From Bdellovibrionales bacterium (GTDB lineage Bacteria > Bdellovibrionota > Bdellovibrionia > Bdellovibrionales > JAGQZY01), in the NCBI GenBank assembly GCA_031426555.1, contig JANPLN010000015.1, forward strand, positions 61,092 through 125,091: a stretch of DNA of 64,000 bases, given 5' to 3'. Below the pieces are notes generated by a model. The model searched no databases. It saw only the letters and a list, made by a program, of their open reading frames with translations, and was not told where the DNA came from. A program made the translations under genes and the position numbers. How positions within the stretch are numbered: the first letter of the stretch is position 1; every line of letters begins with the position of its first letter. Shown here piece by piece: positions 51,334 to 60,511 of the stretch.

Positions 51334-51975
51334 TCAGTTTTGAGTGTCCACCACATATGGGTGCAGCTTGTGAAGTTTGTTGGAATTTTGATGCCCGTGG
51401 GACACCAAAATCACATGAATTCCAAGAGCCTTTCCCACTTCTAGATCATGATCCGTATCGCCGATGAGAACAGTATTTTTTTTATCCACTTTGACCACAG
51501 CTAAAAGTTCTTGGCCCCGATACAATTTGCTCGCTGCAAACTTGTCGGCAATTCCGTAAACGTGATCCACATGCTCAAACAGCGAAAAGTGTTTGATCAT
51601 ACGATCTAAACTTTCTTGATCAGAGGCAGAGAGAATCGATTGTATTTTGCCACTCGCTTTAACGGATTTTAACAAGTCGTAGGCGCCCGGCACAAGGGGA
51701 CAGTCGAGGACTCCTTGCATAAAATGGCCCACGAATTCTTCACACAGTTCTTCGAAGGACTCTTGCTTTAAATCAAAGCCTAGGCGTTCGTAATAGGAGC
51801 GAATAGGAAAGTGAAAGTTTTCTTTATAGGAGTCCACTGTAAGAAGAGGTAAACGTCGTTTCAGTAGAAGTCGATTGACCGTTTTGACGGCGTGCTCGAT
51901 GTCGTTGAGCAGAGTGCCATTCCAGTCCCAGATAACATGCTCGTAATTGGCGAGTTGGGTGAACAGTTGTTGCAT
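51334..51975 (-). CDS. HAD-superfamily hydrolase
   Basis: Motif I reads VIWDWNGTLL, with Asn in place of the second Asp. Motif IV reads IGDTDHD. Confidence 0.7.
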   Translation of the reverse strand: MQQLFTQLANYEHVIWDWNGTLLNDIEHAVKTVNRLLLKRRLPLLTVDSYKENFHFPIRSYYERLGFDLKQESFEELCEEFVGHFMQGVLDCPLVPGAYDLLKSVKASGKIQSILSASDQESLDRMIKHFSLFEHVDHVYGIADKFAASKLYRGQELLAVVKVDKKNTVLIGDTDHDLEVGKALGIHVILVSHGHQNSNKLHKLHPYVVDTQN

Positions 51976-52030
51976 ATGCTTTTACTATCGAAAGACTTGC
52001 ATTTAATCAACGAGAAGATAAAACAAGCGA

Positions 52031-52798
52031 GTGGGGTTTAGAATCATTATCAGCATCTTATTTTTATCGCTCAATGCCATTGCTAGTCCCCATGGTGTCT
52101 CTGCACAACGCCCCGCGGGAGTCTCTTGGGAAACCTTGGCCAGGGAGCGACAGCCTGATTCCTTTAAAAATTTCCGCACGTCGGCCATTGGCTCCTCCGT
52201 TCCTCTCCCAGAGGTGGATCTTAACCAAGTTCCACAACTCTACGATTATTTGGAACTCGAAAGAGCGTTTCTGTACCTACGAGATGTTCGCTTTTTAGAG
52301 GATCCAGAATTTACGGGACTCCAGCGAAGATCGAGTTGGATATTTCCCGATGACGGGTGTTATGCGCGCGCCTCGCTCGCTATTGAGAATTTGCAAAACC
52401 ACAGCTCGCTCCGTCCGTTGAAAATTTTTGCCTATGGCAATCTCGTGGCAAAAACCACTAACACTTTCGAGGGCACCGTGACGTGGTGGTACCATGTGGC
52501 TCCCATCCTTGGGGCACAGGGAAATTACTACGTAGTTGATCCTGCTTTGGAACCAAAACGCCCCTTGCTTCTGAATGAGTGGGCTTCGCGACTCGGTCAA
52601 AGCCAGTATATCTCGTACAATATTTGTCAGCCACAGACCTACATGCCCTATAGTTCTTGCGACAACCCTGCCAGCAACGAAGACGAAAACGCCGCTTCAG
52701 ACCAGTTGGGTTTTTTGCCACTGGAACGTGAAAGAATTTTAGAGCTCCACAGAAATCCCGTTGAAGAACTTGGCGAACATCCGCCATGGGTGCTATAG
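52031..52798 (+). CDS. Secreted protein-glutamine glutaminase-like protein
   Basis: It has a signal peptide. A Cys/His/Asp triad context (PDDGCYARA, WWYHVAPIL, VVDPAL) resembles the protein-glutaminase fold. The assignment is from memory of that family. Confidence 0.45.
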   Translation: MGFRIIISILFLSLNAIASPHGVSAQRPAGVSWETLARERQPDSFKNFRTSAIGSSVPLPEVDLNQVPQLYDYLELERAFLYLRDVRFLEDPEFTGLQRRSSWIFPDDGCYARASLAIENLQNHSSLRPLKIFAYGNLVAKTTNTFEGTVTWWYHVAPILGAQGNYYVVDPALEPKRPLLLNEWASRLGQSQYISYNICQPQTYMPYSSCDNPASNEDENAASDQLGFLPLERERILELHRNPVEELGEHPPWVL

Positions 52799-52805
52799 CT
52801 CGTTT

Positions 52806-53708
52806 GTGAAAATTCAAGACGAAAATCAAAAAGCAAAAGACCTCAAGGTCGGAGTTATTTATGCGCTACTGGCCTATCTGGGCTGGGGCTTTTTTCCTAT
52901 TTACTGGAAATTTTTAAAGCATGTTCCTTCTGTGGAAATTCTTTGCCATCGTGTTTTGTGGGCTTTCGTTTTTTACACCATTCTCCTGTACATCAAAAAT
53001 AAATCAATCGTTCCCTATTGGCCTAAAGAGTGGAAAAAATTTGTCAGTCTGTTGGCAGGCGCCGCAATCCTCATGGGCAACTGGTTTGTTTACATTTATG
53101 CGGTGAATTCGAATCAGATTGTAGAGAGCAGTCTTGGGTATTTTATCAATCCCTTGGTGAATATTGCCATCGGGGTTTTCTTTTTAAAGGAAACTCTCAG
53201 CCTCCCGCAGCGAATCGCCACGGGTCTGGCGACGGTGGGAGTGCTGATTATTTCCTTCGATCAAGGGCATTTGCCATGGATTGCTTTGTTTTTAGCAATT
53301 TCGTTTTCCATCTACGGATTAATAAAAAAACTCAATCCTGTGTCGGGGCTCGAATCCAACCAGTTCGAATCGCTAGCTCTTGTTCCCTTTGCTCTAGCAC
53401 TGCTTTCGGTCCAGGGTCGTTGGTTCGGGGTTGAACCTTTTCCACTCAACGACTCCACCACCACCGCAACTGCGTTGTTACTGGTTGGTGCGGGGGTGAT
53501 CACCGGATTGCCGCTGATCTTTTTTGCCGAAGCTGCTCAAAGAATGCCCTTTTATTTGCTAGGATTTTTTCAGTTTATAGCTCCCAGTCTACAGTTTATG
53601 AGCGGCGTCTTTCTTTTTTCAGAAGTTATGACACCATTGAAGCTCGTTGGCTTTCTCTTTATCTGGGCGGCTGGCGGATTGATCATCGCAAAACCGAGGA
53701 GAACTTAA
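52806..53708 (+). CDS. rarD: EamA/RarD family transporter
   Basis: It has 10 TM helices and the N-terminus GVIYALLAYLGWGFFPIYWKFL, similar to RarD. The GTG at 52806 is chosen to avoid overlap with the previous gene. Confidence 0.75.
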   Translation: MKIQDENQKAKDLKVGVIYALLAYLGWGFFPIYWKFLKHVPSVEILCHRVLWAFVFYTILLYIKNKSIVPYWPKEWKKFVSLLAGAAILMGNWFVYIYAVNSNQIVESSLGYFINPLVNIAIGVFFLKETLSLPQRIATGLATVGVLIISFDQGHLPWIALFLAISFSIYGLIKKLNPVSGLESNQFESLALVPFALALLSVQGRWFGVEPFPLNDSTTTATALLLVGAGVITGLPLIFFAEAAQRMPFYLLGFFQFIAPSLQFMSGVFLFSEVMTPLKLVGFLFIWAAGGLIIAKPRRT

Positions 53709-54032
53709 ATGACACTCACGACTCTTGAATACTTACCGGGCCATAAAGTCACTGAACACTACGGAATCGTAAGTGGAAGCACCGTCCGAGCAAAGCACAT
53801 CGGAAAAGATTTTTTTGCCGGGTTAAAAAATATCGTGGGCGGAGAGCTGCATGGTTACACGGAGCTCATGGAAGAAACTCGCGAGCAATCCCTTCAGCGT
53901 CTGAAGGCCCAGGCCACAAAAGTCGGAGCCAATGCGGTGTTGGGAATTCGCTTTGCCACGAGTGATGTGGCCCAGGGCGCCGCTGAGGTTTTTGCCTACG
54001 GAACAGCGGTGCGCGTGAGCAAAGATGTTTGA
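53709..54032 (+). CDS. ybjQ: YbjQ (UPF0145) family protein
   Basis: 107 aa. The family pattern is YGIVSGSTVRAKHIGKDFFAGLKNIVGGE...ANAVLGIRF. Confidence 0.85.
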   Translation: MTLTTLEYLPGHKVTEHYGIVSGSTVRAKHIGKDFFAGLKNIVGGELHGYTELMEETREQSLQRLKAQATKVGANAVLGIRFATSDVAQGAAEVFAYGTAVRVSKDV

Positions 54033-54456
54033 GTTAATACTGGGTGCGGTGTTGTTAGCGGTTGGCTATTTTGTTGGTTCGGCCCGCGAGCAGAAGCATT
54101 TTGAATCCATAAAACTACGAGAAAAAGAGTTTCTTTACATGCCTGTTCGACCCGATAAGATTTTAGACGCACAAACGGTCGAGAAGGTGGAGCTTGTTAC
54201 GGCGTCGGTGGTGATTGCCGGCGATTATTTTAAAACTGTGGCCTCTTCGCTCAAGTCGATGATCGGAGGAGCCTTGAATAGCCAAGAAACCCTCATCGAT
54301 CGTGCGCGCCGCGAGGCGATCCTGCGGCTTAAAGAAAAGACTAAAAAACTGGGAGCCGATGAGATTATCGGTTTGCGTATCGAAACAATGGCCCTTGATA
54401 AAATGGGTGTTGAGGTCATGGTCTATGGCAACGCCGTTTATTCCAAAAGAAGTTGA
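54025..54456 (+). CDS. YbjQ-like protein with an N-terminal TM helix
   Basis: The TM helix is LILGAVLLAVGYFVG. It is followed by a YbjQ-like core (VVIAGDYFKTVASSLKSMIGG...ADEIIGLRIE). It overlaps ybjQ by 8 nt. Confidence 0.65.
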   Translation: MFELILGAVLLAVGYFVGSAREQKHFESIKLREKEFLYMPVRPDKILDAQTVEKVELVTASVVIAGDYFKTVASSLKSMIGGALNSQETLIDRARREAILRLKEKTKKLGADEIIGLRIETMALDKMGVEVMVYGNAVYSKRS

Positions 54457-55243
54457 TAGCGAAGTTAATGTTCAGGCCACAGAGCGAATCACAGATATGG
54501 TGGCGTTATTTGCTGCCGCGTTGATCTTTCTTTTTTTTCTTTTGGCGGGCAGTGTTTTTATCATCCAGCTAGCGGCAACACGAGTAAGTCCTAAAACCGA
54601 AAGCACATATTTTTCGTGGATTGCAAAAAGTATGAAGGGCCACGACATTCACGACCAGGACATGGAGCGCTTCGTAAAAAAGATAACGTCCCAACAACAA
54701 ATCTACAACATTCAGGTGACAATTGTTTGCGACAGCACACCCAATGCCTTCGCACTCCCCGGCGGAGGGATTGTCGTTAATGAAGGCCTGTTAAAAGAAA
54801 TTAAAACCGAAGAAGGAATGGCCTTTGTTCTTGCGCACGAGATGGGCCATTTAGTTCAGCGCCACCATATGCGTAGTTTGGGTATGGGCTTTCTGCAAAT
54901 GGTACTTTCGTGGGTGTTCCCCATGGACACCGTGGCCGTTTGGGGACTTTTCGAAAGACTGTTTACTTCGGCCTATAGTCGCGATCAAGAAGCCTCGGCC
55001 GACCTCTACGCGCTAAAAATTATAAAGAAGATTTACGGAAGTGTTCAGGGCTCCGAAGAGTTTTTTGAAAACATTAAAAATCATCCACAGGAAAAATTTC
55101 ATCGCGCACTTTGGCTGACAAGCAGTCATCCTGGGACCGAAGCCAGAATTCAGAACATTAAAAAGCAAAGGCAAAACGAAGTGACGAAAGAACTTTTGCA
55201 AACATCACTTTTTGCAAACCTAGCGCTAAAGACGTGTCATTAA
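54425..55243 (+). CDS. M48-family zinc metallopeptidase
   Basis: It has the HExxH motif in LAHEMGHLVQRHH and an N-terminal TM helix. The start is uncertain (54425 or 54497). Confidence 0.8.
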   Translation: MATPFIPKEVDSEVNVQATERITDMVALFAAALIFLFFLLAGSVFIIQLAATRVSPKTESTYFSWIAKSMKGHDIHDQDMERFVKKITSQQQIYNIQVTIVCDSTPNAFALPGGGIVVNEGLLKEIKTEEGMAFVLAHEMGHLVQRHHMRSLGMGFLQMVLSWVFPMDTVAVWGLFERLFTSAYSRDQEASADLYALKIIKKIYGSVQGSEEFFENIKNHPQEKFHRALWLTSSHPGTEARIQNIKKQRQNEVTKELLQTSLFANLALKTCH

Positions 55244-55740
55244 TTTGCGAGGCCAAAAAGGCTTTGCAGTGCAAGCAATCCTTCTTTAAGGTCCTTGGAT
55301 TCGAAGGTATGTTCGTTCATCTGAAATACTTGCATGTCTTTTTGATAAATTAAAACTTGTTTATTATCTTTAAAAATTAGTTTTAAAAAAGGCGACATCG
55401 GTGTGCTTAGAATTTTTTCTCGAGGATAGGGTTGAATTTCGAGCATGCAATATTTGGCGAGCCACTTTTCAACGTCCAGATAGTCGACGACGAGTTCTTT
55501 GCCGTTTTCGTCGCTTAAAACCCATTGGCGATCTTTTTCCTGCAAAGACCATTTTTTGTTCAAACCCTCTGCCTTTAATAGGCGATCCGAACACCAGTGA
55601 AGTGTTTCGCCAGAACTCGAAAAACCAAGACTGTTTAAAAAGTCTTTAGTATGACCAGTGTTTAAAAGATACATGGAAACGACGGTGGCGCTTAAGGCAA
55701 TCAACAATGTGGTTATTTTGAATAAAAGTTTCCAATTCAT
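55240..55740 (-). CDS. Hypothetical membrane-anchored protein
   Basis: It has an N-terminal TM helix (LLFKITTLLIALSATVVSMYLL). I recognise no family. Confidence 0.45.
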   Translation of the reverse strand: MNWKLLFKITTLLIALSATVVSMYLLNTGHTKDFLNSLGFSSSGETLHWCSDRLLKAEGLNKKWSLQEKDRQWVLSDENGKELVVDYLDVEKWLAKYCMLEIQPYPREKILSTPMSPFLKLIFKDNKQVLIYQKDMQVFQMNEHTFESKDLKEGLLALQSLFGLAN

Positions 55741-55788
55741 CGGTTCTATTTATTGACTCTTTTTTAATCTTTTTGCAATCTCCTTTTC

Positions 55789-56436
55789 ATGAACCAAATC
55801 GAAATCTCTCTATTTCCCATTCCTGGAAGCGTTTCATTGCCTTTTAGTAAAACGTCGTTGCATGTCTTTGAACCGCGCTACCGCAAAATGATCAAAGACT
55901 CCATCGAAGCCCATCGCCGCATCGGTGTGGCCCACACCCAGCGCGTGATTGCAGAGGCTAAGACACCGCCGGGTGCGCCGCTCGAAGACGTCCTCAGTAG
56001 CAATCAGAAAACCTATTCGGCCCATCCCATTTTTTCTGCGGGCTTTGCGGAAATAAAAGAAACTTTACCGGATGGCCGATTGATGATCGAAATCACCATG
56101 GATTCTCGGTACCAGATCCTTGAAGAGGTTCAGCAAATACCCTACAAAGTTGTTTTATGCGAACCCTTTAACGATGAAAATGAAATTAGTGACGCTTCCT
56201 TGCGGAGTGAGCTTGATCAGGCGTTACTGAACATTGTCGACGAGTCTGCTCAGGAGCTAAAAACCCTTCTAAACAGTAAAGAGTGGGAAGCTCAATCATT
56301 TCTTGAATACAGCTTTAAAATTTATACCTTCGTAGGCTGCGATCCAGATATTTTACAAAAAGTTCTGGAGATGAAATCATCCATTGCGAGAGTTCAGTTT
56401 TTAAAAGATGTCTTAACGAGGGATCGCGTTCATTAG
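55789..56436 (+). CDS. LON substrate-binding (LON-N/PUA-like) domain protein
   Basis: ISLFPIPGSVSLPFSKTSLHVFEPRYRKMI matches the LON N-terminal domain signature. Confidence 0.75.
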   Translation: MNQIEISLFPIPGSVSLPFSKTSLHVFEPRYRKMIKDSIEAHRRIGVAHTQRVIAEAKTPPGAPLEDVLSSNQKTYSAHPIFSAGFAEIKETLPDGRLMIEITMDSRYQILEEVQQIPYKVVLCEPFNDENEISDASLRSELDQALLNIVDESAQELKTLLNSKEWEAQSFLEYSFKIYTFVGCDPDILQKVLEMKSSIARVQFLKDVLTRDRVH

Positions 56437-57621
56437 ATCGATGAGATCCTGACGAGGCGGTTGCCACGGCACATGCAAGACAGGGCAAACCGGCTTTGGC
56501 CACTTGTTGAGATCATGGGTTGTCATGTTACTTCCGTTTCGAGTAGAAAAGCGCAAATCATTCAAAACCGAATTCTCCCAAAAGGGCACTCGAGCAAACT
56601 GCAGCCACGCTTGCACATCACAACGTTCAAGGAGCGGCTGCAAGTCGGTAAGTGTTGCCTGCCAACGCTGACGAATCCACAGCTCCCCAAGTGAACTCTG
56701 TTGAGCGCTTGATGGTTGTTCCTCCTCCTTGCGAGGCCACGACTTGCACTCCCGCGAATTGCCAAACAGGGAGATCGAGCCATGCGTGACACTGTACTGA
56801 GTTTCCAATACCTGTGGCGCCAAAAAAAACCAGCACGTGGGGTTTGAGGGCAAGGAGAAGAGCACCAAATCCAATGTTTTTTGCGATGTATTTTTGCCGA
56901 GTTCATGCGTAATCCGTAGACGGGCCCAATGTTGACTCCCCCAGAAGATTAAAACAACAGCAAAAAATAAAAACAGGCCCATGGCTCCGCGATGCACTTT
57001 TAGTAAATACCGTTGGAGATTGAAGGCAAAACTTGCAAACATAACGGCCGCGAGCAACACGGCCGCAGGTACAAACTCATTCCACCAGCCAAAGGAATAG
57101 GCTGCTAGCGGTGGGATTAAAAGAGCCCATCGCCACTTCCCTGGTGGCAACCAAATACTAATGAGAGCAAACCATAAAAGAGGCTCGATTATAAAAATGG
57201 AGTCCAGGTAATACCAGGTATTATTAAGTGGCGCCCAGGGATGCACACCGTAGCTGTTAAAAAAATCTAAGAGCATGTGCGCCTGTAGGCCAAAAAATAA
57301 AAGCCAAACGATGTCTTTAAAATAAATCATAAGGTCTTGCCGCACAAACCTCAGCCACATCCATGCAACACCCATGAGCAGGATTATTTGCGGAATTGTA
57401 CCGGCCACCGTGTGAGTCCATCCCCGGTGATTCAACATGTAGCCGAGTGACGAGTTATCGATGAGACCGAAAAACAGATCTAAATCTGGGCAGTTGTTTG
57501 CGAAAATAGAGAAAAAATAAAAAATATTTTTAGGCGGACGAGCAGGTGAGTGTTTAAACTTTTTTTCTACATAGACTTCCGCGATTGCGGCGCCGAACAA
57601 CGAGTGTGTGAGATTGTCCAT
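56413..57621 (-). CDS. Membrane-bound metal-dependent hydrolase (YdjM/DUF457-like) with a C-terminal extension
   Basis: The N-terminus is MDNLTHSLFGAAIAE and the protein has multiple TM helices with conserved His residues. Confidence 0.6.
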   Translation of the reverse strand: MDNLTHSLFGAAIAEVYVEKKFKHSPARPPKNIFYFFSIFANNCPDLDLFFGLIDNSSLGYMLNHRGWTHTVAGTIPQIILLMGVAWMWLRFVRQDLMIYFKDIVWLLFFGLQAHMLLDFFNSYGVHPWAPLNNTWYYLDSIFIIEPLLWFALISIWLPPGKWRWALLIPPLAAYSFGWWNEFVPAAVLLAAVMFASFAFNLQRYLLKVHRGAMGLFLFFAVVLIFWGSQHWARLRITHELGKNTSQKTLDLVLFSLPSNPTCWFFLAPQVLETQYSVTHGSISLFGNSRECKSWPRKEEEQPSSAQQSSLGELWIRQRWQATLTDLQPLLERCDVQAWLQFARVPFWENSVLNDLRFSTRNGSNMTTHDLNKWPKPVCPVLHVPWQPPRQDLIDLMNAIPR

Positions 57622-57927
57622 AAGCTATAGACTAATCTCAAAAAATGGTTTTTTACAGTGAAAATTAGGCGGCAATACGATCTTTTACCTTTGCGTAGGC
57701 ATGCTCGCGAAGAATTTGATCTCATTCTTTGTCGGAATGTTCTCATCAATCAGTCGGTCAAAAATAAAATCAAAGTTCTCAAAACTTTGATTGAAAGTCT
57801 AAGCAACGAGCGATTACTAGCTGCTTAGAATGTGTGTTTTATACAGCACAATCTTTAGTCCATGTCTTCAAGATTGAAATTTGGCCAAATGGTAATACTC
57901 AAGCAACCATTTAGACGGAGCATACAA

Positions 57928-58272
57928 ATGAATCAAAAAAATGTGGAAGATAAAGCCGCGAGTACGCTTGCTGGTGAAAAGAACGAACCTACTGTTTGGG
58001 TGAACGGAGAAACTAACTCGATGGTTTTTCCTTTTTCTATCATTGGATCGTCCGTCGGTGTGCTTGCGGGCATAGTCGCATCTGCCTATTTGAGTATGAA
58101 CTACGAATTAAATAGTCAGTTTTGGTTTATACTTTTTTTAATTCCTTTGTTTTTCGTATTTTTCGGAGCTCTTGCCGGAGCTATTGTTGGCATCGGTACT
58201 CCTAGACGAAATACTGATCCGATGCAGGGTTGGTTGGTGAGTTGGCGGCGGTTTGCATACCGAAATGGTTGA
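57928..58272 (+). CDS. Hypothetical membrane protein
   Basis: The ATG at 57928 follows ggag. Two or three TM helices are predicted. Confidence 0.45.
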   Translation: MNQKNVEDKAASTLAGEKNEPTVWVNGETNSMVFPFSIIGSSVGVLAGIVASAYLSMNYELNSQFWFILFLIPLFFVFFGALAGAIVGIGTPRRNTDPMQGWLVSWRRFAYRNG

Positions 58273-58418
58273 TTTAACTTTGAGAGAAAGGCGGATTGTC
58301 TCGGGCTCCTGCCCTCGACCCTACGGGCTTCCTTTGGTCGCTAAAAAATAGCGTCCTGCTATTTTTTTCGAACCGCGGCGTTGTGGTTTGAATCGGCCAT
58401 CAATCCAACAAATAAAAA

Positions 58419-58445
58419 AACCACCTTTCGGTGGTTGTTTTATTT
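58419..58445. terminator. Bidirectional rho-independent terminator
   Basis: aaccacc-tttc-ggtggtt is flanked by an A-run on the left and a T-rich tract on the right. Confidence 0.6.
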
Positions 58446-58453
58446 GGCGGAGA
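58441..58453 (-). other. 13-nt copy of the tRNA-Ser 3' end (candidate att core or displaced tRNA 3' fragment)
   Basis: The reverse complement tctccgccaaata is identical to 34852..34864, which is the acceptor 3' strand, CCA and 4 nt downstream. It is followed on the minus strand by the terminator above and lies 178 nt from the integrase start. Confidence 0.35.
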
Positions 58454-58590
58454 AAGGCTCCTCCCATATACTGTTCATAGTCGTTCACCATTGAACATTT
58501 CTTCTTTGTATCACCGCGAAATCACTCGAACTATTTTACAGCGATGTTTTTCTGTGCACATTATGGTTCGCCTAAATACGGCTATCAAGT

Positions 58591-58611
58591 GTAGGTAGGG
58601 TTGTAGGTAGG
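58591..58611 (+). promoter_or_regulatory. Direct repeat GTAGGTAGG x2 (12-nt period) just upstream of int
   Basis: gtaggtagg-gtt-gtaggtagg, ending 20 nt before the int ATG. Confidence 0.35.
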
Positions 58612-58630
58612 ATGTTGGAGGAGAGATTAT

Positions 58631-59884
58631 ATGTTGAGGCAAACACGCAAGCTTAGCGCCCTGGAAGTTGCTAGAATAAAAGAGGTTGGGAAACACCCAC
58701 TGGGCGAGGGTTTGTATTTGCAGGTCTCAAAGTCGGGCTCTAAATCGTGGCTCTTTCGCTATTCGATTGCGAAGAAAAGTACATGGATGGGTCTTGGCTC
58801 GTGCAGCGTCGTGTCCCTCGCCGAAGTTCGAGCTAAAACCCTCTCCCTGCGCAAAACCCTATCAGATGGTGTAAATCCTCTTGTTCAGAAGAACCAAATT
58901 GAACAAGCACAACGGTTTGACGAGGCCAAGCTTATCACATTCGATGAGTGTGCGAGTCAGTACATCGCTGCACACAAGAGCGGTTGGAAAAATATAAAGC
59001 ACATATCTCAGTGGGAAAATACGCTTACGACTTTTGTTTCCCCAGTGTTTGGTAACGTTTCGATACAAGACGTGGACACATCTCTCGTCATGAGGGTGTT
59101 AGATCCGATTTGGACTTCAAAAAATGAAACTGCCGACCGTGTAAGAGGGAGAATTGAAAGAATCATTGGTTGGGCAACGGTTAAAAAATATAGAACAGGT
59201 GATAATCCTGCACGGTGGAGAGGGCATTTAGACAACCTTTTAGCTCAAAGAAAAAAAATAAGGAAGGTTAAGCACCACAGCGCACTCCCATTTGAAGACC
59301 TCTCGGATTTTATGTTATCGCTTCGGAAAATTGATAGCGTGTCGAGTTTGGCTCTAGAATTCACGATCTTAACAGCAACGCGAACGAGCGAGGCTTTAAA
59401 CGCAAAATGGGAAGAATTCAACTTAGTGGATCGGTACTGGCTGATTCCTGCGGAGCGCATGAAAGCTGGAGAAGCCCACAAGGTGCCATTGTCAGACAGA
59501 GCTGTTGAAATTTTACGGTATTTGGAGGCACGGGCGTTTAATGAATTCGTTTTCCCTGGCAAAAAGAAGTTCAAGCCACTATCGAACATGGCGATGCTGC
59601 AAATTATACGGCGTTTGGGCCACAGTGTTACCACTCATGGTTTTAGGTCCACTTTTAGGGACTGGGCTGCGGAAAGAACATATTTCGCGAATGAGGTGGT
59701 GGAAAAGGCCCTTGCTCATACCATTTCGAACAAGGTGGAGGCAGCATACAGACGGGGAGATTTGTTTGATAAGCGTAGAAAACTGATGAATGCATGGTCC
59801 GCGTACTGCGCAATGCATACGACAAAATCGACTGTTTTACCAATGTACTCAGACTCAAGTTTTAACGTCCACGCTGGGTCCTAA
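58631..59884 (+). CDS. int: Tyrosine recombinase/integrase (P4-type with DUF4102-like N-terminal arm-binding domain)
   Basis: The N-terminus is KLSALEVARIKEVGKHPLGEGLYLQVSKSGSKSWLFRY. The catalytic residues are present: ATRTSEAL (R), HGFRSTFRDWA (HxxR) and AAYRRGD (Y). Confidence 0.92.
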   Translation: MLRQTRKLSALEVARIKEVGKHPLGEGLYLQVSKSGSKSWLFRYSIAKKSTWMGLGSCSVVSLAEVRAKTLSLRKTLSDGVNPLVQKNQIEQAQRFDEAKLITFDECASQYIAAHKSGWKNIKHISQWENTLTTFVSPVFGNVSIQDVDTSLVMRVLDPIWTSKNETADRVRGRIERIIGWATVKKYRTGDNPARWRGHLDNLLAQRKKIRKVKHHSALPFEDLSDFMLSLRKIDSVSSLALEFTILTATRTSEALNAKWEEFNLVDRYWLIPAERMKAGEAHKVPLSDRAVEILRYLEARAFNEFVFPGKKKFKPLSNMAMLQIIRRLGHSVTTHGFRSTFRDWAAERTYFANEVVEKALAHTISNKVEAAYRRGDLFDKRRKLMNAWSAYCAMHTTKSTVLPMYSDSSFNVHAGS

Positions 59885-60003
59885 ACAACTATAGGATTTC
59901 TATAGTCAGTTATATATTTCATATAAATTTCATATAATCCGCAGATGAGTATTATCAACCTCGTGAACGATGGTGCGTCTAAAAGGATTACCTGAAGTAA
60001 ACC

Positions 60004-60015
60004 TAGGTATACCTA
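60004..60015. promoter_or_regulatory. Perfect 12-bp palindrome taggtataccta upstream of the alpA-like gene
   Basis: It lies 56 nt before the 60071 start. It shares the TAGGTA half-site with the repeats upstream of int. Confidence 0.35.
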
Positions 60016-60070
60016 AGGTAATACGTAAGATCGTTCTAGTGAACAGTAATGCATCCACTAGGAGGATAAA

Positions 60071-60265
60071 ATGGAAAATCAGAATACAAACGAAAAACGT
60101 AACCTACGGGTTGATGAATTCTCGAAAATTTACGGGATTTGTCGTACCAAAACTTATCAAGAAATGAAGTCAGGAAGACTCAAATTCTTCAAATGTGGGA
60201 AAACTACGCTCATTGCAAAAGAAGCCGCAGAAGACTGGCAAGCCCTACTGTCCAAGGGGGCTTAG
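60071..60265 (+). CDS. AlpA/excisionase-type small HTH protein
   Basis: 64 aa. The sequence LRVDEFSKIYGICRTKTYQEMKSGRLKFFKCGKTTLI has the MerR/AlpA-like HTH pattern. An RBS aggagg lies upstream. Confidence 0.7.
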   Translation: MENQNTNEKRNLRVDEFSKIYGICRTKTYQEMKSGRLKFFKCGKTTLIAKEAAEDWQALLSKGA

Positions 60266-60511
60266 ATGTTTTTCAAAAACTATGTGATTTCCCGTCTGCT
60301 AAGCGGGATCACAGTCTTATTAAAACTCCTTACATTCGACGAAGAACAAAGCCAACTCAGGTTCATGATTGCAAAAATCAACGGAGACATCACTGAGGTA
60401 AATGGCACCATTTCGATGATTATAGAGGAAGAAAAAGTAAAAAGGGCCTCGGCAAAGGCCCTCTCATCAGTTCAAAAGGATATTGTTTATGGTTCAGACT
60501 ACCCAAGTTAA
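60266..60511 (+). CDS. Hypothetical protein
   Basis: The ATG directly follows the alpA-like stop. I recognise no family. Confidence 0.35.
   Translation: MFFKNYVISRLLSGITVLLKLLTFDEEQSQLRFMIAKINGDITEVNGTISMIIEEEKVKRASAKALSSVQKDIVYGSDYPS

Noticed and set aside
54302-54424. Upstream extension of the M48 peptidase ORF.
   Set aside because: It overlaps most of the C-terminal YbjQ-like domain of the preceding gene in another frame. A later start (54425 or 54497) is more plausible.
58273-58630. Search for an intact tRNA or tmRNA gene next to the integrase.
   Set aside because: No cloverleaf or T-loop (GTTCRANYC) could be folded on either strand. Only the 13-nt 3'-end fragment is present.
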